Shown here in pieces: positions 10,545-21,300 of a stretch of DNA of 51,935 nt. Positions within the stretch are counted from its first letter, which is position 1. Each line of letters starts with the position of its first letter. Under the pieces are notes generated by a model, which was not told the DNA's origin, ran no database searches, and saw only the letters and a program-made list of their open reading frames with translations. Made by a program: the position numbers and the translations under genes. Source of the stretch: a bacterium (GTDB lineage Bacteria; SZUA-182; DTGQ01; JAFGSM01); NCBI GenBank assembly GCA_049472335.1, contig JBLIRO010000035.1, positions 1 through 51,935 on the forward strand. Direction: 5' to 3'.

Positions 10545-11039
10545 GTGTTTAATCGATCTTTTAATTTGATAAAAAAAGCATTGATAATCATTGTTATCTT
10601 TCTAATTTTTCAGCCCAAAATAGTCTTTGGTAAAATCCTGCCGGAAGAACTAACCGAAAAAAATCAGGGTGCCGGAGTTATTGTAATCGGTGAGGTTTAC
10701 GATATAGGGGCCGCGATTTTAATTAGAAACGCCCCTGAAAAGCCTATGTCACCACCATTAAATCGATTTCTTGTCTTGAAGGTCGTTCATGTTGTAAAAG
10801 GTGAAGACAATTTAAAACCCAAAAGTCTCATACATATTTTATCCGTTGATGATCCGGAAAAACAAAAAAAAGGAAATAAAAAGGCTCAAAAAGACTTCCC
10901 TTTTCAAACGGAAAAAGGATTCCTGATTATAGTATACGCCGATCCCGTTCCCGATAATCCTGGTTTTTATAAGCCATTATTCGGGGAGAAATCTGTTTTT
11001 ACGATCGGACGTTCATTACAAAAACCGAACGAACCATAG
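10545..11039 (+). CDS. Hypothetical exported protein
   Basis: N-terminal basic plus hydrophobic segment; 164-aa open frame. Confidence 0.65.
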   Translation: MFNRSFNLIKKALIIIVIFLIFQPKIVFGKILPEELTEKNQGAGVIVIGEVYDIGAAILIRNAPEKPMSPPLNRFLVLKVVHVVKGEDNLKPKSLIHILSVDDPEKQKKGNKKAQKDFPFQTEKGFLIIVYADPVPDNPGFYKPLFGEKSVFTIGRSLQKPNEP

Positions 11040-11101
11040 AGATACCCACTTTTCTTTTCAAATCGTAATAAAATAAAGAATAAGAGGACGCACACCCTTT
11101 T

Positions 11102-12553
11102 TTACTTTAATTGAAAAATGAAGTAGCTGCTCCCGATATACTTATCCTGCCCTATCATCCTGTAATTGTTATCCAGATATTTCAAAAGTTCTCGTGAAGG
11201 ATATCTATGCCCTGCAAGAAGCCATAGATATTTCTTGTTAGAGTTCTTTATTAATCGATCTAAATCACCAATGTCTTCACCTTTTTCAAAGACTCCTGCA
11301 ACTTTGTAAGGGCTTCCTGCCTGTTTAAAGAAATATTCGAAAAAATTGGTTTTATGAGAAGATGTCACAATTATTGAGTTATCCGTGATTGTCTTCTGCT
11401 GCATTACTACATCAGCAACCTCTCTAAATTGTTCTTTTGTTATTTTGTGATAATAATCATTTGTTATGAACAGGCTGCAAAGCCCGGAAACAAAGACTGT
11501 AATCGTTAAGGCTATTATGACAGCTTCTTTTTTCAGATTTGTGATCCCTTTGGACATCATCAGAATTACAGGAGGCATAACAATAACCGCATTTCTGGAT
11601 GTCAATATAGGTGTTGAGAAGATGGATCTTAGAAAGGCCAAAAAAAGCGGAATAATATACCAGCCCGAAATAAGCAATACTTTTAAAATATCTTGTCTTT
11701 TTTTGCTTTCATCATCCTCTCTTTTAAAAAATATGAAAAAAAGGATAAAAGTTAATGAAATAATAAATAATGCTTCATTTTTCCCCCAGAAGTCATTAAG
11801 ATAAAAAATAAAAAAATCAAAATTCGGCTTTGGAATCCAAAATTTTTCCATATTCCAGGCATATTTCATAATCATAATTTGTGGAATATAAAGAAAACCA
11901 ATAATAAAATGGAAAAAAATTATTTTAAGTATATTTTTTTCTTTATTATATATAAATATACAAAAGATGAACAAAAATTGAGAAACCAGAACCAAAATAC
12001 CGAAATAATGGGTATAAATCAAAATAGTAGTGGTTAAAAGATATAATATATAAAGATAAACCTTTTTCATTTTTTCCAGATCGTTGAGATGCATCACGAT
12101 CTTAACGAAAAATAAATATGAGCAAATCGACAATAAAAGCAATAAACTATAACTTCTTGCCTCTTGAGAGTAATATATACCGAAGTATGAGATGGATAAT
12201 ATTAATGCACTGATAAGTCCTTCTTTTTCAGAATAAAGTGTCTTACCCAGAAAAAAAATTGCCAATATTGCTAATGTTCCAAATATTGCTGAGAGAAACC
12301 TCAATGAAAATATAGAATTTCCATACAATTTCTGCCAGAAATAGATAAGAATGTTATAAAATGGAGGATGGACATCCTTCTGATTATCTTTCAAAACCCG
12401 CATTAAGCTGCTTTTACTGGTCGCTGTTACGGAGTATAATTCATCGTTCCATGGGGATTGAAAGGATAATTTGGAGAAGCGCAATAATCCGCCGAGAAAT
12501 AATATAATTAATAAATATATAAGATTTTTGTTGAATGCTTTTTTTTCTGTCAT
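11102..12553 (-). CDS. GT-C family glycosyltransferase (GT39/PMT-like)
   Basis: WNDE, DVHPPFY and SQEARSY motifs; many transmembrane segments. Start chosen at MTEKK; the ORF track extends to 12595. Confidence 0.88.
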   Translation of the reverse strand: MTEKKAFNKNLIYLLIILFLGGLLRFSKLSFQSPWNDELYSVTATSKSSLMRVLKDNQKDVHPPFYNILIYFWQKLYGNSIFSLRFLSAIFGTLAILAIFFLGKTLYSEKEGLISALILSISYFGIYYSQEARSYSLLLLLSICSYLFFVKIVMHLNDLEKMKKVYLYILYLLTTTILIYTHYFGILVLVSQFLFIFCIFIYNKEKNILKIIFFHFIIGFLYIPQIMIMKYAWNMEKFWIPKPNFDFFIFYLNDFWGKNEALFIISLTFILFFIFFKREDDESKKRQDILKVLLISGWYIIPLFLAFLRSIFSTPILTSRNAVIVMPPVILMMSKGITNLKKEAVIIALTITVFVSGLCSLFITNDYYHKITKEQFREVADVVMQQKTITDNSIIVTSSHKTNFFEYFFKQAGSPYKVAGVFEKGEDIGDLDRLIKNSNKKYLWLLAGHRYPSRELLKYLDNNYRMIGQDKYIGSSYFIFQLK

Positions 12554-12801
12554 AGTAAGGATAGAATTCCTTTTATTTTCGAAGAAACATATCAAAAATT
12601 GTCAATTTTGTCAAAGCAAACATTCAATTAAAACTTACCGGATGATGAACATAAGAGAAATTAGATTTAGGGGATAAAATCCAGGATAAGCAAAAAATAA
12701 GAAAAAATATATAATTAAGGGGAAGACCTGTTTGTTTCGAGAAATGATTTAAATCTCAAAAAATAGAACTGTCCTCTTTTTACTTTTTACCCTTTTTACT
12801 T

Positions 12802-15800
12802 TTACTCCAATGCAGCGTCAACCATTGCCAGGATCTGGCCGGACTTAAAGCCCTTCTGTTCCATGGCCCCGCTGGGGCACGCAGCAACACACGATCCGCA
12901 GCCTTTGCATACCGCGTCGGTTACCTTTACCTTATGTTTTTCTCCCTCCGTTATTATCTCGATTGCGCCATAAGAACATACCGCTTTACATATCCCGCAA
13001 CCGGCACATATATCCTCATTGACAGAGGCAATAGCAGCCTCTGCTTCGTAAGTATCTTTTGATATGATAGTGCATGCCCTGCTCACTGCCGCGATTGACT
13101 GAGAGATGGTCTCATCAATGGATTTCGGGGAATGACATGTTCCGGCCATGAATATACCTTCGGTTGCAAAATCCACAGGGCGCAGTTTCATATGGGCCTC
13201 CAGAAAGAAACCGTCACTGTTCAGGGGCACCTTCAACATCCTGGCCAGATCTTGGGTGCCTTCACTGGGTATCATACAAGCAGAGAGAACCAGGAGATCG
13301 GTTTCCAGTAATAGATCCCTGTCTAATATTGGATCTTTTATTTTTACTTCCATTCTATTATCCCTGGATCTAATATTACTTTTGGATTCAACTTCGGGAT
13401 TGCAGTCTTCGGCATATTGGACCTTCGGCTTGTGGTCCTTATCATATCTTATGAATATCACCCCTTTATCCCTTGCCTCTCTGTAATATTTCTCCCTGGC
13501 CCCATATGTCCTAATATCCCGGTACAGGATGAATACATTCGTTTCAGGGTGTTTTTCTTTCAGTTTCAACGCGTTTTTAATGGCCCCTGTGCAACAGACC
13601 CTGCTGCAATAGGGGTGGTCCGACTCCCTCGAGCCGACACATTGGATCATAACTACTGTTTCCGGATAGTGGTTATCGGTTTTCTCAACGGATCCCTCTC
13701 CGGATCTCTCTTCGGAAAGCCATTTCTCGAATTCCAGTTGTGTCAGGACCCGCTTATTTTTACCATAAAGATATTCTCTTGGGATGGATTCCCTGGTGCC
13801 TGTCGCTACAATGATTATACCATGCTCTATCTCCCTGATCTCTGAGTCTTGGACCTTGAAGCCAGGGCCTTTTGAATGTTGTGAGTGTTGTTCGGTATCA
13901 GTCTCAGGCAAGCCCGGAGGGGTTGGGTCTATCTTAAAGCGAGTTTTATAATTTCCAATGTACCCTTCTATATTTTCAATTTTTGCTTTTTTATAGACAT
14001 GAATGAGTGGGTTATCCTCCACCTTCTCTATCATTGTGCGTAAATGATCCTGTACTTCGCTTCCTTCTACTGTAAAGTAGAGATTTCTCAGGTTGCCCCC
14101 AAGCCGGGCCTCCTTCTCTATAAGATTCACCTCAAATCCCTGTGCTGCCATCTCCAGGGCGGCTGTCATCCCGGCAAGCCCGCCCCCGATCACCAATCCC
14201 TTTTGAATCACATCTATGGATACAACAGGTAGGGGCTCGAGCAATCTCAGCTTTGTGACTGCCATCCTGACCAGGTCCTTTGCCTTTAAGGTTGCCTCCT
14301 CCGGCTCATGCATGTGTATCCAGGAGCATTGGTCCCTGATATTGGCCATCTCAAAAAGATGAGGATTAAGGCCTGCTTCTTTGAGTGTTTCCCGGAATAA
14401 AGGCTCATGAGTCCTTGGTGTACAGGAGGCGATCATGATCCGGTTCAACCGGTGCTCCTTAATTATCTCGAGTATTCTGCGTTGTGCATCCGGAGAACAT
14501 GCGTAAAGGCTGTCTTCGGCATAGACGACATTGTTTAGTGTTCTAACGTATTTGACCACGGATGGAACATCGATATAGCCGCCGATATTGATTCCGCAGT
14601 GACAAATAAAGGCCCCGATCCTCGGCTGTTGCCCGTCTAAACTTAATTCCTCCGGATATTCCCTTTTTTTTATAAGTGTTCCACGGGCATGTTCAAGCAG
14701 AGCGGATGCCTTGCCTGCCGCGCCCGAGGCCTGCATAACCGTCTCAGGGATGTCCTTCGGGCCAGCAAACGCGCCACAGACAAAGATGCCATCCTTTGAA
14801 GTCTCAACAGGAGTGAATTCAGAGGTCTGGCAAAAACCATGGCTATTCAGTGTAATCCCGAACCTTCGGGCGAATTCCAGGGTTCCCTCTTGTGGGAGGA
14901 ACCCCACTGATAGAACTACCATATCAAATTCCTCACTTTCAAGGGCACCGTTCTCACTATACTGGATGCGCAAGCTCCCTGTTTCAGGGACCTCATAGAT
15001 CTCGGACACTCTGCTCCTTATGAACCTGACCCCGTATTCATCCTGCGCCCGATCGAAGTAAGGGTCGAATCCCTTTCCGAACGTTCGCATATCCATATAA
15101 AATATGGCTGTTTCAAGGCTGTTTTTTGAGTGTTCTTTTGCTATGACCGCCTCTTTTATAGCATAGGTGCAGCATACCGAGGAGCAGTATTCGATCTTGC
15201 AAGAGGTGTCCCGTGAGCCAACGCACTGGATAAAGGCAATTTTCTTTGGTTCTTTATGGTCTGACAACCTGACAAGATGCCCCTGGAAAGGCCCCGAAGC
15301 GGATAGTATCCGCTCGAACTCAAGGCTTGTTATAACATTCCTGAACTGACCATAGCCATAACCAGGTTTGATACGGGCGTCAAAAAGGTCATAACCCGAG
15401 GCAAGGATAATGGCACCCACATGGAGACTGAGATGTTCGATCTTTTGTTCATAATTAATGGCATCTGCCTGACACGTCTTCTTGCATATCTGACACTTTC
15501 CCTTTGTGAAATAAAGACAATTGCTGCTGTCAATCACGGGTTTATTTGGAACGGCCTGGGGAAAGGGCAGATAGATGGCCTTTCTTGTTTTCAGCCCTTT
15601 ATCGAATTCGGACGGGACCTTTGTGGGGCATTTCTCAGAGCAAAGTCCGCAACCATTACATTTCTCCTCATCCACATATCTTGGCCTCTTTATTAAGGAG
15701 ACAATGAAATTTCCTGCCTCACCGCTTATCTTTTCAATATCAGACAGGGTAAGGATCTCTATGTTCGGATGCCTGCCGCATTCCATAAGTTTCGGTGCAA

Positions 15801-16032
15801 GTATGCACATGGAGCAGTCATTTGTGGGAAATGTCTTATCCAGTTGAGGCATCACCCCGCCAATAGATGGTTTGACATCTACCAGGTAGACCTTGTATCC
15901 GGACTCCGCCAGGTCCAGGGAGGACTGGATGCCTCCTATCCCTCCGCCCACTACCATAACAGCGCCGACCGGCAGGGTACAGGGATTGTTGTTTATTTTT
16001 TTTACAGATTTTATTTTATCTTGGCGGCGCAT
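12802..16032 (-). CDS. hdrA: Heterodisulfide reductase subunit A-like protein with two HdrA FAD modules
   Basis: GGGIGG and GGGLAG Rossmann motifs; QCVGSR...CSxxCC twice; internal CHCG...SCTP thioredoxin-like domain; inserted and C-terminal 2[4Fe-4S] ferredoxin domains. Confidence 0.93.
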   Translation of the reverse strand: MRRQDKIKSVKKINNNPCTLPVGAVMVVGGGIGGIQSSLDLAESGYKVYLVDVKPSIGGVMPQLDKTFPTNDCSMCILAPKLMECGRHPNIEILTLSDIEKISGEAGNFIVSLIKRPRYVDEEKCNGCGLCSEKCPTKVPSEFDKGLKTRKAIYLPFPQAVPNKPVIDSSNCLYFTKGKCQICKKTCQADAINYEQKIEHLSLHVGAIILASGYDLFDARIKPGYGYGQFRNVITSLEFERILSASGPFQGHLVRLSDHKEPKKIAFIQCVGSRDTSCKIEYCSSVCCTYAIKEAVIAKEHSKNSLETAIFYMDMRTFGKGFDPYFDRAQDEYGVRFIRSRVSEIYEVPETGSLRIQYSENGALESEEFDMVVLSVGFLPQEGTLEFARRFGITLNSHGFCQTSEFTPVETSKDGIFVCGAFAGPKDIPETVMQASGAAGKASALLEHARGTLIKKREYPEELSLDGQQPRIGAFICHCGINIGGYIDVPSVVKYVRTLNNVVYAEDSLYACSPDAQRRILEIIKEHRLNRIMIASCTPRTHEPLFRETLKEAGLNPHLFEMANIRDQCSWIHMHEPEEATLKAKDLVRMAVTKLRLLEPLPVVSIDVIQKGLVIGGGLAGMTAALEMAAQGFEVNLIEKEARLGGNLRNLYFTVEGSEVQDHLRTMIEKVEDNPLIHVYKKAKIENIEGYIGNYKTRFKIDPTPPGLPETDTEQHSQHSKGPGFKVQDSEIREIEHGIIIVATGTRESIPREYLYGKNKRVLTQLEFEKWLSEERSGEGSVEKTDNHYPETVVMIQCVGSRESDHPYCSRVCCTGAIKNALKLKEKHPETNVFILYRDIRTYGAREKYYREARDKGVIFIRYDKDHKPKVQYAEDCNPEVESKSNIRSRDNRMEVKIKDPILDRDLLLETDLLVLSACMIPSEGTQDLARMLKVPLNSDGFFLEAHMKLRPVDFATEGIFMAGTCHSPKSIDETISQSIAAVSRACTIISKDTYEAEAAIASVNEDICAGCGICKAVCSYGAIEIITEGEKHKVKVTDAVCKGCGSCVAACPSGAMEQKGFKSGQILAMVDAALE

Positions 16033-16711
16033 TTCCCTCTCTTATGGCAATGTTTCTGATTGCATTCATAAGCTCGCTGATCCTGACTCCCTGCGGGCAT
16101 CTCTCATTGCAGGCATAGTGCGTGGAGCAGTGCCACATGAAGCCATCAGTGAGGGCCTCTTCTTTCATTCCAAGTATGATTTTTCTAATGAACCTTCTTG
16201 GATCATATCTGTTGTCCATCTCCATTTCAGGACAGCTCGCCGTGCAGGTGCCACATGCAAAACAATGGGTGATACTTTCAGCCCCCGGCTCTCCTTGAAC
16301 CTTATATTTGAAGTCAGGATTGAGCTCGCCCGACCTTATTGCATTGTTCGATTTCGCGTCCTGTTTTGAACTCTGATGATCATATCCTTCCCGCATGGCC
16401 ATGTTTCTGCACGCATTGGCAATTCCTCCGATATTTACCTCCTGTGGACAGCGGGCCACGCATCTGGAATGAGAGGAACAAAGCCAGACAAACTCTGACT
16501 TGAACACCTCTTCCTTGAGTCCCAAAAGGGCCATCCGGATGATCTTCCTGGGATTGTATCTCTCATCGATCTCCCGGACAGGGCAGCGGGCAGTGCAGCC
16601 TCCACAGGCAAAGCAATGCATTATACCCTCCCCTCCCGGCTCTTTCTGAATCTCATACTTGAAACCAAGGTCCTGCTCATTTAACGTTATTATCGATTCT
16701 TTGACACTCAA
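16016..16711 (-). CDS. hdrC: Tandem-duplicated HdrC-like 4Fe-4S dicluster protein
   Basis: Two repeats of CFACGxCTAxCP...W.CSxHxxCxxRCPQ...RNxAxREG. Confidence 0.8.
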   Translation of the reverse strand: MSVKESIITLNEQDLGFKYEIQKEPGGEGIMHCFACGGCTARCPVREIDERYNPRKIIRMALLGLKEEVFKSEFVWLCSSHSRCVARCPQEVNIGGIANACRNMAMREGYDHQSSKQDAKSNNAIRSGELNPDFKYKVQGEPGAESITHCFACGTCTASCPEMEMDNRYDPRRFIRKIILGMKEEALTDGFMWHCSTHYACNERCPQGVRISELMNAIRNIAIREGNAPPR

Positions 16712-16713
16712 CT

Positions 16714-17847
16714 CTATTCCCCCACGTCCTTTAGCTCGTCCTCCTTGAATGCGGAGAGCGGAGGCTCCTCTTCCGGGTTTTTTCCGGGTACATAATTGAA
16801 TAACTGCTGTACATTATGCCCCAACATCCTGAAGACCCTGAATAAGGGTATATCGTTCGGACAGGCCTCTTCGCAAACGCCGCATCCCACACATGACAAA
16901 AGCATGTGATTCATTCTTGTTAAATGGAAAAGGAGTGTATCCGTGGGCATCTTTATGGAGCCCTTTCTCTCTGCCCATGTAAGGTATTTTTCAGGTTCGA
17001 AGTCAAAGGTCGGAGACCCGAAGAAACATTCTCTGCAATAGCAAATGGGGCATACCCCCATACAGTTATGGCATTTGATGCAGGCTGAAAAAAACGAGAG
17101 GAGCTTATCAGGTGATCCTATCTCCTTTTTGGTCTCCTCAAACAACGCATCCCTTTTCTTTGTTCTTTCTGTGAAGAGCCTTGTTATGGCATCTTCCCTT
17201 TTATCTGTTACCCCTGGTCCCTCGTTACCTTCCAGTTTAAGGCCGCTTAAGATCCTCTCGCCCTCTTCCGTATTCGCCCGGAGAAAGATATCTTTCTCCA
17301 GATCCTTGCCAATCAATCCTACAACAATATCCGCTCCCAGGGGAATAAAATGCTCGCACACCTGGCAGGCGGTCCTCAGGTCCGGATCATCCCTCTCCTC
17401 TTCGGCTGCCTTCAGTATCTCCAGGGTTGGGGAAGTCCCTTTTTCTATCATATTTTTATAATGTTTTAGCGGATAAGTGCCCAGGCAGTCTATACCAATG
17501 ATAACCATGTTCTCTATCGATGCCTGCTTAAGCTTGATCAGCTCTACTAGGGCCCTCAATTCACAAGGTTTCAGGACTGCCGCCACTTTCCTGGAGTTTG
17601 GCGAATGTTTTGTCATCCTTGATATGATCCTCGATGAATTGACCCCCATTACAGGGCACAAAGGATTTGCCTTTTCCAGATTGTCAGGGTCCCTGACCAG
17701 TGTCTGCACCACATTATCACCGGAAGGGACCTCCTGGGGAACAAGAATGGCATGAACCAATTCCTTCTCCAGCATATCCCTGAGGAAACCGTTGATCGAG
17801 CCGATTACATCATTATCCTTAACCGGCAGTTTAAAATCCTTTGCCAT
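16714..17847 (-). CDS. FrhB/FdhB-family flavin Fe-S subunit
   Basis: KPCELRAL, GIDCLG, RTACQVC, CIKCHNCMGVCPICYC, CVGCGVCEEACP; start placed at MAKDF after RBS GGAGG. Confidence 0.85.
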   Translation of the reverse strand: MAKDFKLPVKDNDVIGSINGFLRDMLEKELVHAILVPQEVPSGDNVVQTLVRDPDNLEKANPLCPVMGVNSSRIISRMTKHSPNSRKVAAVLKPCELRALVELIKLKQASIENMVIIGIDCLGTYPLKHYKNMIEKGTSPTLEILKAAEEERDDPDLRTACQVCEHFIPLGADIVVGLIGKDLEKDIFLRANTEEGERILSGLKLEGNEGPGVTDKREDAITRLFTERTKKRDALFEETKKEIGSPDKLLSFFSACIKCHNCMGVCPICYCRECFFGSPTFDFEPEKYLTWAERKGSIKMPTDTLLFHLTRMNHMLLSCVGCGVCEEACPNDIPLFRVFRMLGHNVQQLFNYVPGKNPEEEPPLSAFKEDELKDVGE

Positions 17848-17888
17848 TTTCACCTCCCGCCCGTTTGATTTTTTTGAAAGCGTCTCAA

Positions 17889-18311
17889 TCATATGGACCA
17901 ACAATTCTGCATCGGGTTTGGCCCCAATCGTTTCAGGTCTTCCACCATCTCCTTAATGGTGTCCGCGAACCTTTGTCCTTCCGATGCCGAAACCCAGCGA
18001 ATCTTTACCCTCTCTTCTCCGAATCCAAGTTCCTTGAGAATGCTCTTTAGCACGGTTATCCTTCTTCTCGCCTTATAGTTGCCCGATACATAATGACAAT
18101 CGCCCGGATGGCATCCCCCTATGAAGACCCCATCCACTCCCTCCAGCAGGGGTTTCATCACATATACGGGATCGATGGAGCCGCTGCACATCACCCTGAT
18201 CACCTTGATATTCGGCGGATACTGAATCCTCGAAGTCCCCGCAAGGTCTGCCCCTGCGTATGTGCACCAGTTACATAAAAAGGCAATGATCTTCGGTTCG
18301 TATTCACTCAT
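17889..18311 (-). CDS. mvhD: MvhD/FlpD [2Fe-2S] subunit
   Basis: FLCNWCTYAGADLAG, RVMCSG, GCHPGDCHY, WVSASEG; Cys (not Sec) form. Confidence 0.95.
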   Translation of the reverse strand: MSEYEPKIIAFLCNWCTYAGADLAGTSRIQYPPNIKVIRVMCSGSIDPVYVMKPLLEGVDGVFIGGCHPGDCHYVSGNYKARRRITVLKSILKELGFGEERVKIRWVSASEGQRFADTIKEMVEDLKRLGPNPMQNCWSI

Positions 18312-18320
18312 GTTATCCTC

Positions 18321-21300
18321 CTAACCTGTGGCCGCATCCACCATAGAGAGTATCTGACATTTCTCGAATCCCCTCTGCTGAGTGGCGCCAGAAGGACAGG
18401 CCGCAGCACAGGCGCCGCATCCCTGGCACAATACCTCGTTTATCTTTGCAATCCCTGTCTTCTCATCTATCTCTCTTGCATCATATGGGCATACCGATAC
18501 ACATATGCCGCATCCCGTGCACCATCGTTTATTGACATACACCACTGTACCCTGAGCCTCCAGGTGGTCCTTGGACAGGATGGTAGCTGCCCGCTGAGCG
18601 ACCCCGTTTGCCTGTGATATGGATTCCTCTATAAACCTGGGAGAATGTGCAAGCCCGCACAGAAAAATGCCGTCCGCTGCAAAATCCAGAGGGCGGAGTT
18701 TCACATGCGCCTCCAGGAAGAACTCATCCCCGGTCAAAGGCACCTTGAGAAGCTTTGCAAGCTCCTTGTTATTGTTAGGGACGATGGCAGGACTCAATAC
18801 GATCAGGTCCGGAATGATCCTGACCTTTCTGTGTAATATGGGCTCCAAAACCTTCAACAGCAGGTAGCCGTTCTCACTGCACACCTCAGGCCCGGCCCCC
18901 AGATCATATCGAATAAAAGTTATCCCCTTTTCCCTTGCCTTCTCGTAGTATTCCTCCTTAAATCCATAGGTCCTGATATCCCTATAGAGTATGAATATAT
19001 TTACGTCAGGGTTTTGCTCCTTTAGATTCAATGCGTTTTTAAGGGCCTCGGAGCAGCATATCCTGCTGCAGTAAGGATGTTCATCATTTCTTGATCCCAC
19101 ACACTGAATCATGACAATATTTTTCAGGTCCAGGATCTCGGGTCTTTTCTCGGAGAGTCGTCTCTCGAGATCGGATTGTGTTATGATGCGATCATTTTCC
19201 CCGTAAAGATACCCCTGCGGAACCGACTCCTGTGCGCCTGTAGCCACGATGATGATTCCGTGATCTATCTCCCTGAGCTCTTTTTTCTGAACTCCGGCAC
19301 CTGTTTTTATGGTTGTTTTGAAGTTGCCCACATATCCTGAAACCTCTTTTAACTCCGTATCCTTATAGATATGTATACGCTTGTTTCCTTCCGCCTTCTT
19401 AATGGTATCCCTCAGGAGTTTCTGCGGGTCCGGTCCGTTCAGGGTGTAATATAGCCTTCGCAGATTTCCCCCCAGTTCCTTCTCCTTTTCCACCAGATAT
19501 ACCTCATATCCCTGATCCGCCAGAGAGAGAGATGCGGTGAGGCCTGAAAGTCCGCCGCCAATAACCAGGGCCTTTGACTCGATGGTAATGGAAGCAGGAT
19601 GGAGCGGTTTGAGTAACCTGGCCTTGGCTACAGCCATGGAGAGCAATTCTTTTGCCTTTTGTGTAGCCCTCTCGGGCTCGTACATATGCACCCAGGAGCA
19701 CTGGTCCCTGATGTTTGCTAGCTCGAACAGGTAAGGGTTTAGCCCTGCCTCCCTGATGGTGTTCCGGAACAGGAATTCATGGGTCCTGGGTGTGCATGAC
19801 GCAACTACCACTCTGTTGAGCTTATGCCCGGCGATCTTTTCTTTTATCTTATCCTGGGTGTCCTGGGAGCATGTATAGAGGTTCTCCTCCACGTATTGAA
19901 CATCCGGAAGTGTCTTTGCGAATTCTACAATCTCAGGGACCCGAACCACTCCACCGATATTGATTCCGCAGTTACAAATAAAAACCCCCACCCTAGGAGG
20001 TTGTTCCGTAACATCCATCTCTTCAGGATATATCTTTTCCTTGAGCAGAGTTCCCCTTGCAGACGAGAGAAGAGCGGATATCTTAGCGGAAGCGCCCGAT
20101 GCCTGGGTAACGGTCTCCGGGATATCCCTCGGCTCCGAAGATGCCCCGCATACATATATCCCCGGTCTGGTAGTCTCTTCGGGTGCCCATGGATTTGTCC
20201 TTATAAAATTGTATTTATTCAGCTCAATGCCAAGGCGCTCTCTAATCTCCTCTATATTTGCAGGGGGCCTTAGCCCTACGGACAGAACCACGAGGCTAAA
20301 ATCATCCTCCAATAGCTCCCCGTCCTCGGTTTCGTATCTTATCTTCAGATCATGGTTATCCGCTATCTCCTCGATCTCGGTAATCCTGCACCGGACATAT
20401 TTGATCCCGTACTCCTTTTGCGCCCTGTCGATATATTTGTCAAACTCCTTTCCGTATGCCCTCATATCCATATAGAATATGGTGATTTCGGTTTCCGGCG
20501 CATGCTCCTTTGTGATCAACGCCTCCTTTGTGGAATACATACAGCATACTGAAGAACAATAATTCTGCCCCTCTTCCCTCGATCCCACACACTGAATGAA
20601 GGCGATCTTCCTGGGCTCCTTCCTGTCGGAAAGTCTGACCACATGTCCGTGAAAAGGTCCGGAGGCCGAAAGTATGCGTTCATACTCCACACTGGTGACC
20701 ACATTGGGAAACCTTTTATATCCGTATTGCGGCCGCGATTCGGGATCAAAGCTCTGATAACCCGGCGCAAGCAGAATCGCCCCAACCTCGATCTCCATCT
20801 CTTCTTCTTTCTGTTTATGATTTATTGCACCGGCTTCACAAGCCGTCTCACACACCATACACTCTGAGCAGCCGCCGCAGTTCAAACAGCGTTCTGATTC
20901 CTTTATGGCAGTTTCTTCATCAAATCCCAGATCGATCTCCCTGAAACCGGCCAGTCTTTTCCTGGATGGAATCTCATTCGTCTTTTGCCGCTCCACACCT
21001 TCCATCCCCTTTGACAATTTAGCAGGCTGAGAGGTGTCCACCGGCGTCATCTCAGCAGCCCTGCCCTCTTTCAGGTCCCTGCCCCGGATGTATCGATCAA
21101 TGGAGATAGCCGCCTTCTTGCCTGCTGCAATGGCCTCTATTGCGGTCCTGGGGCCGGTAACAGCGTCACCGCCCGCAAATATACCCGGTTTATTGGTTGC
21201 CATGGTCTCTTCATCCACAACAAAGGAACCCCTGCTCGAAACCTCAAATCCATGTTTCTTTCCGAGAAAATTCAGGGACAGGGCCTGGCTGATGGATCGT

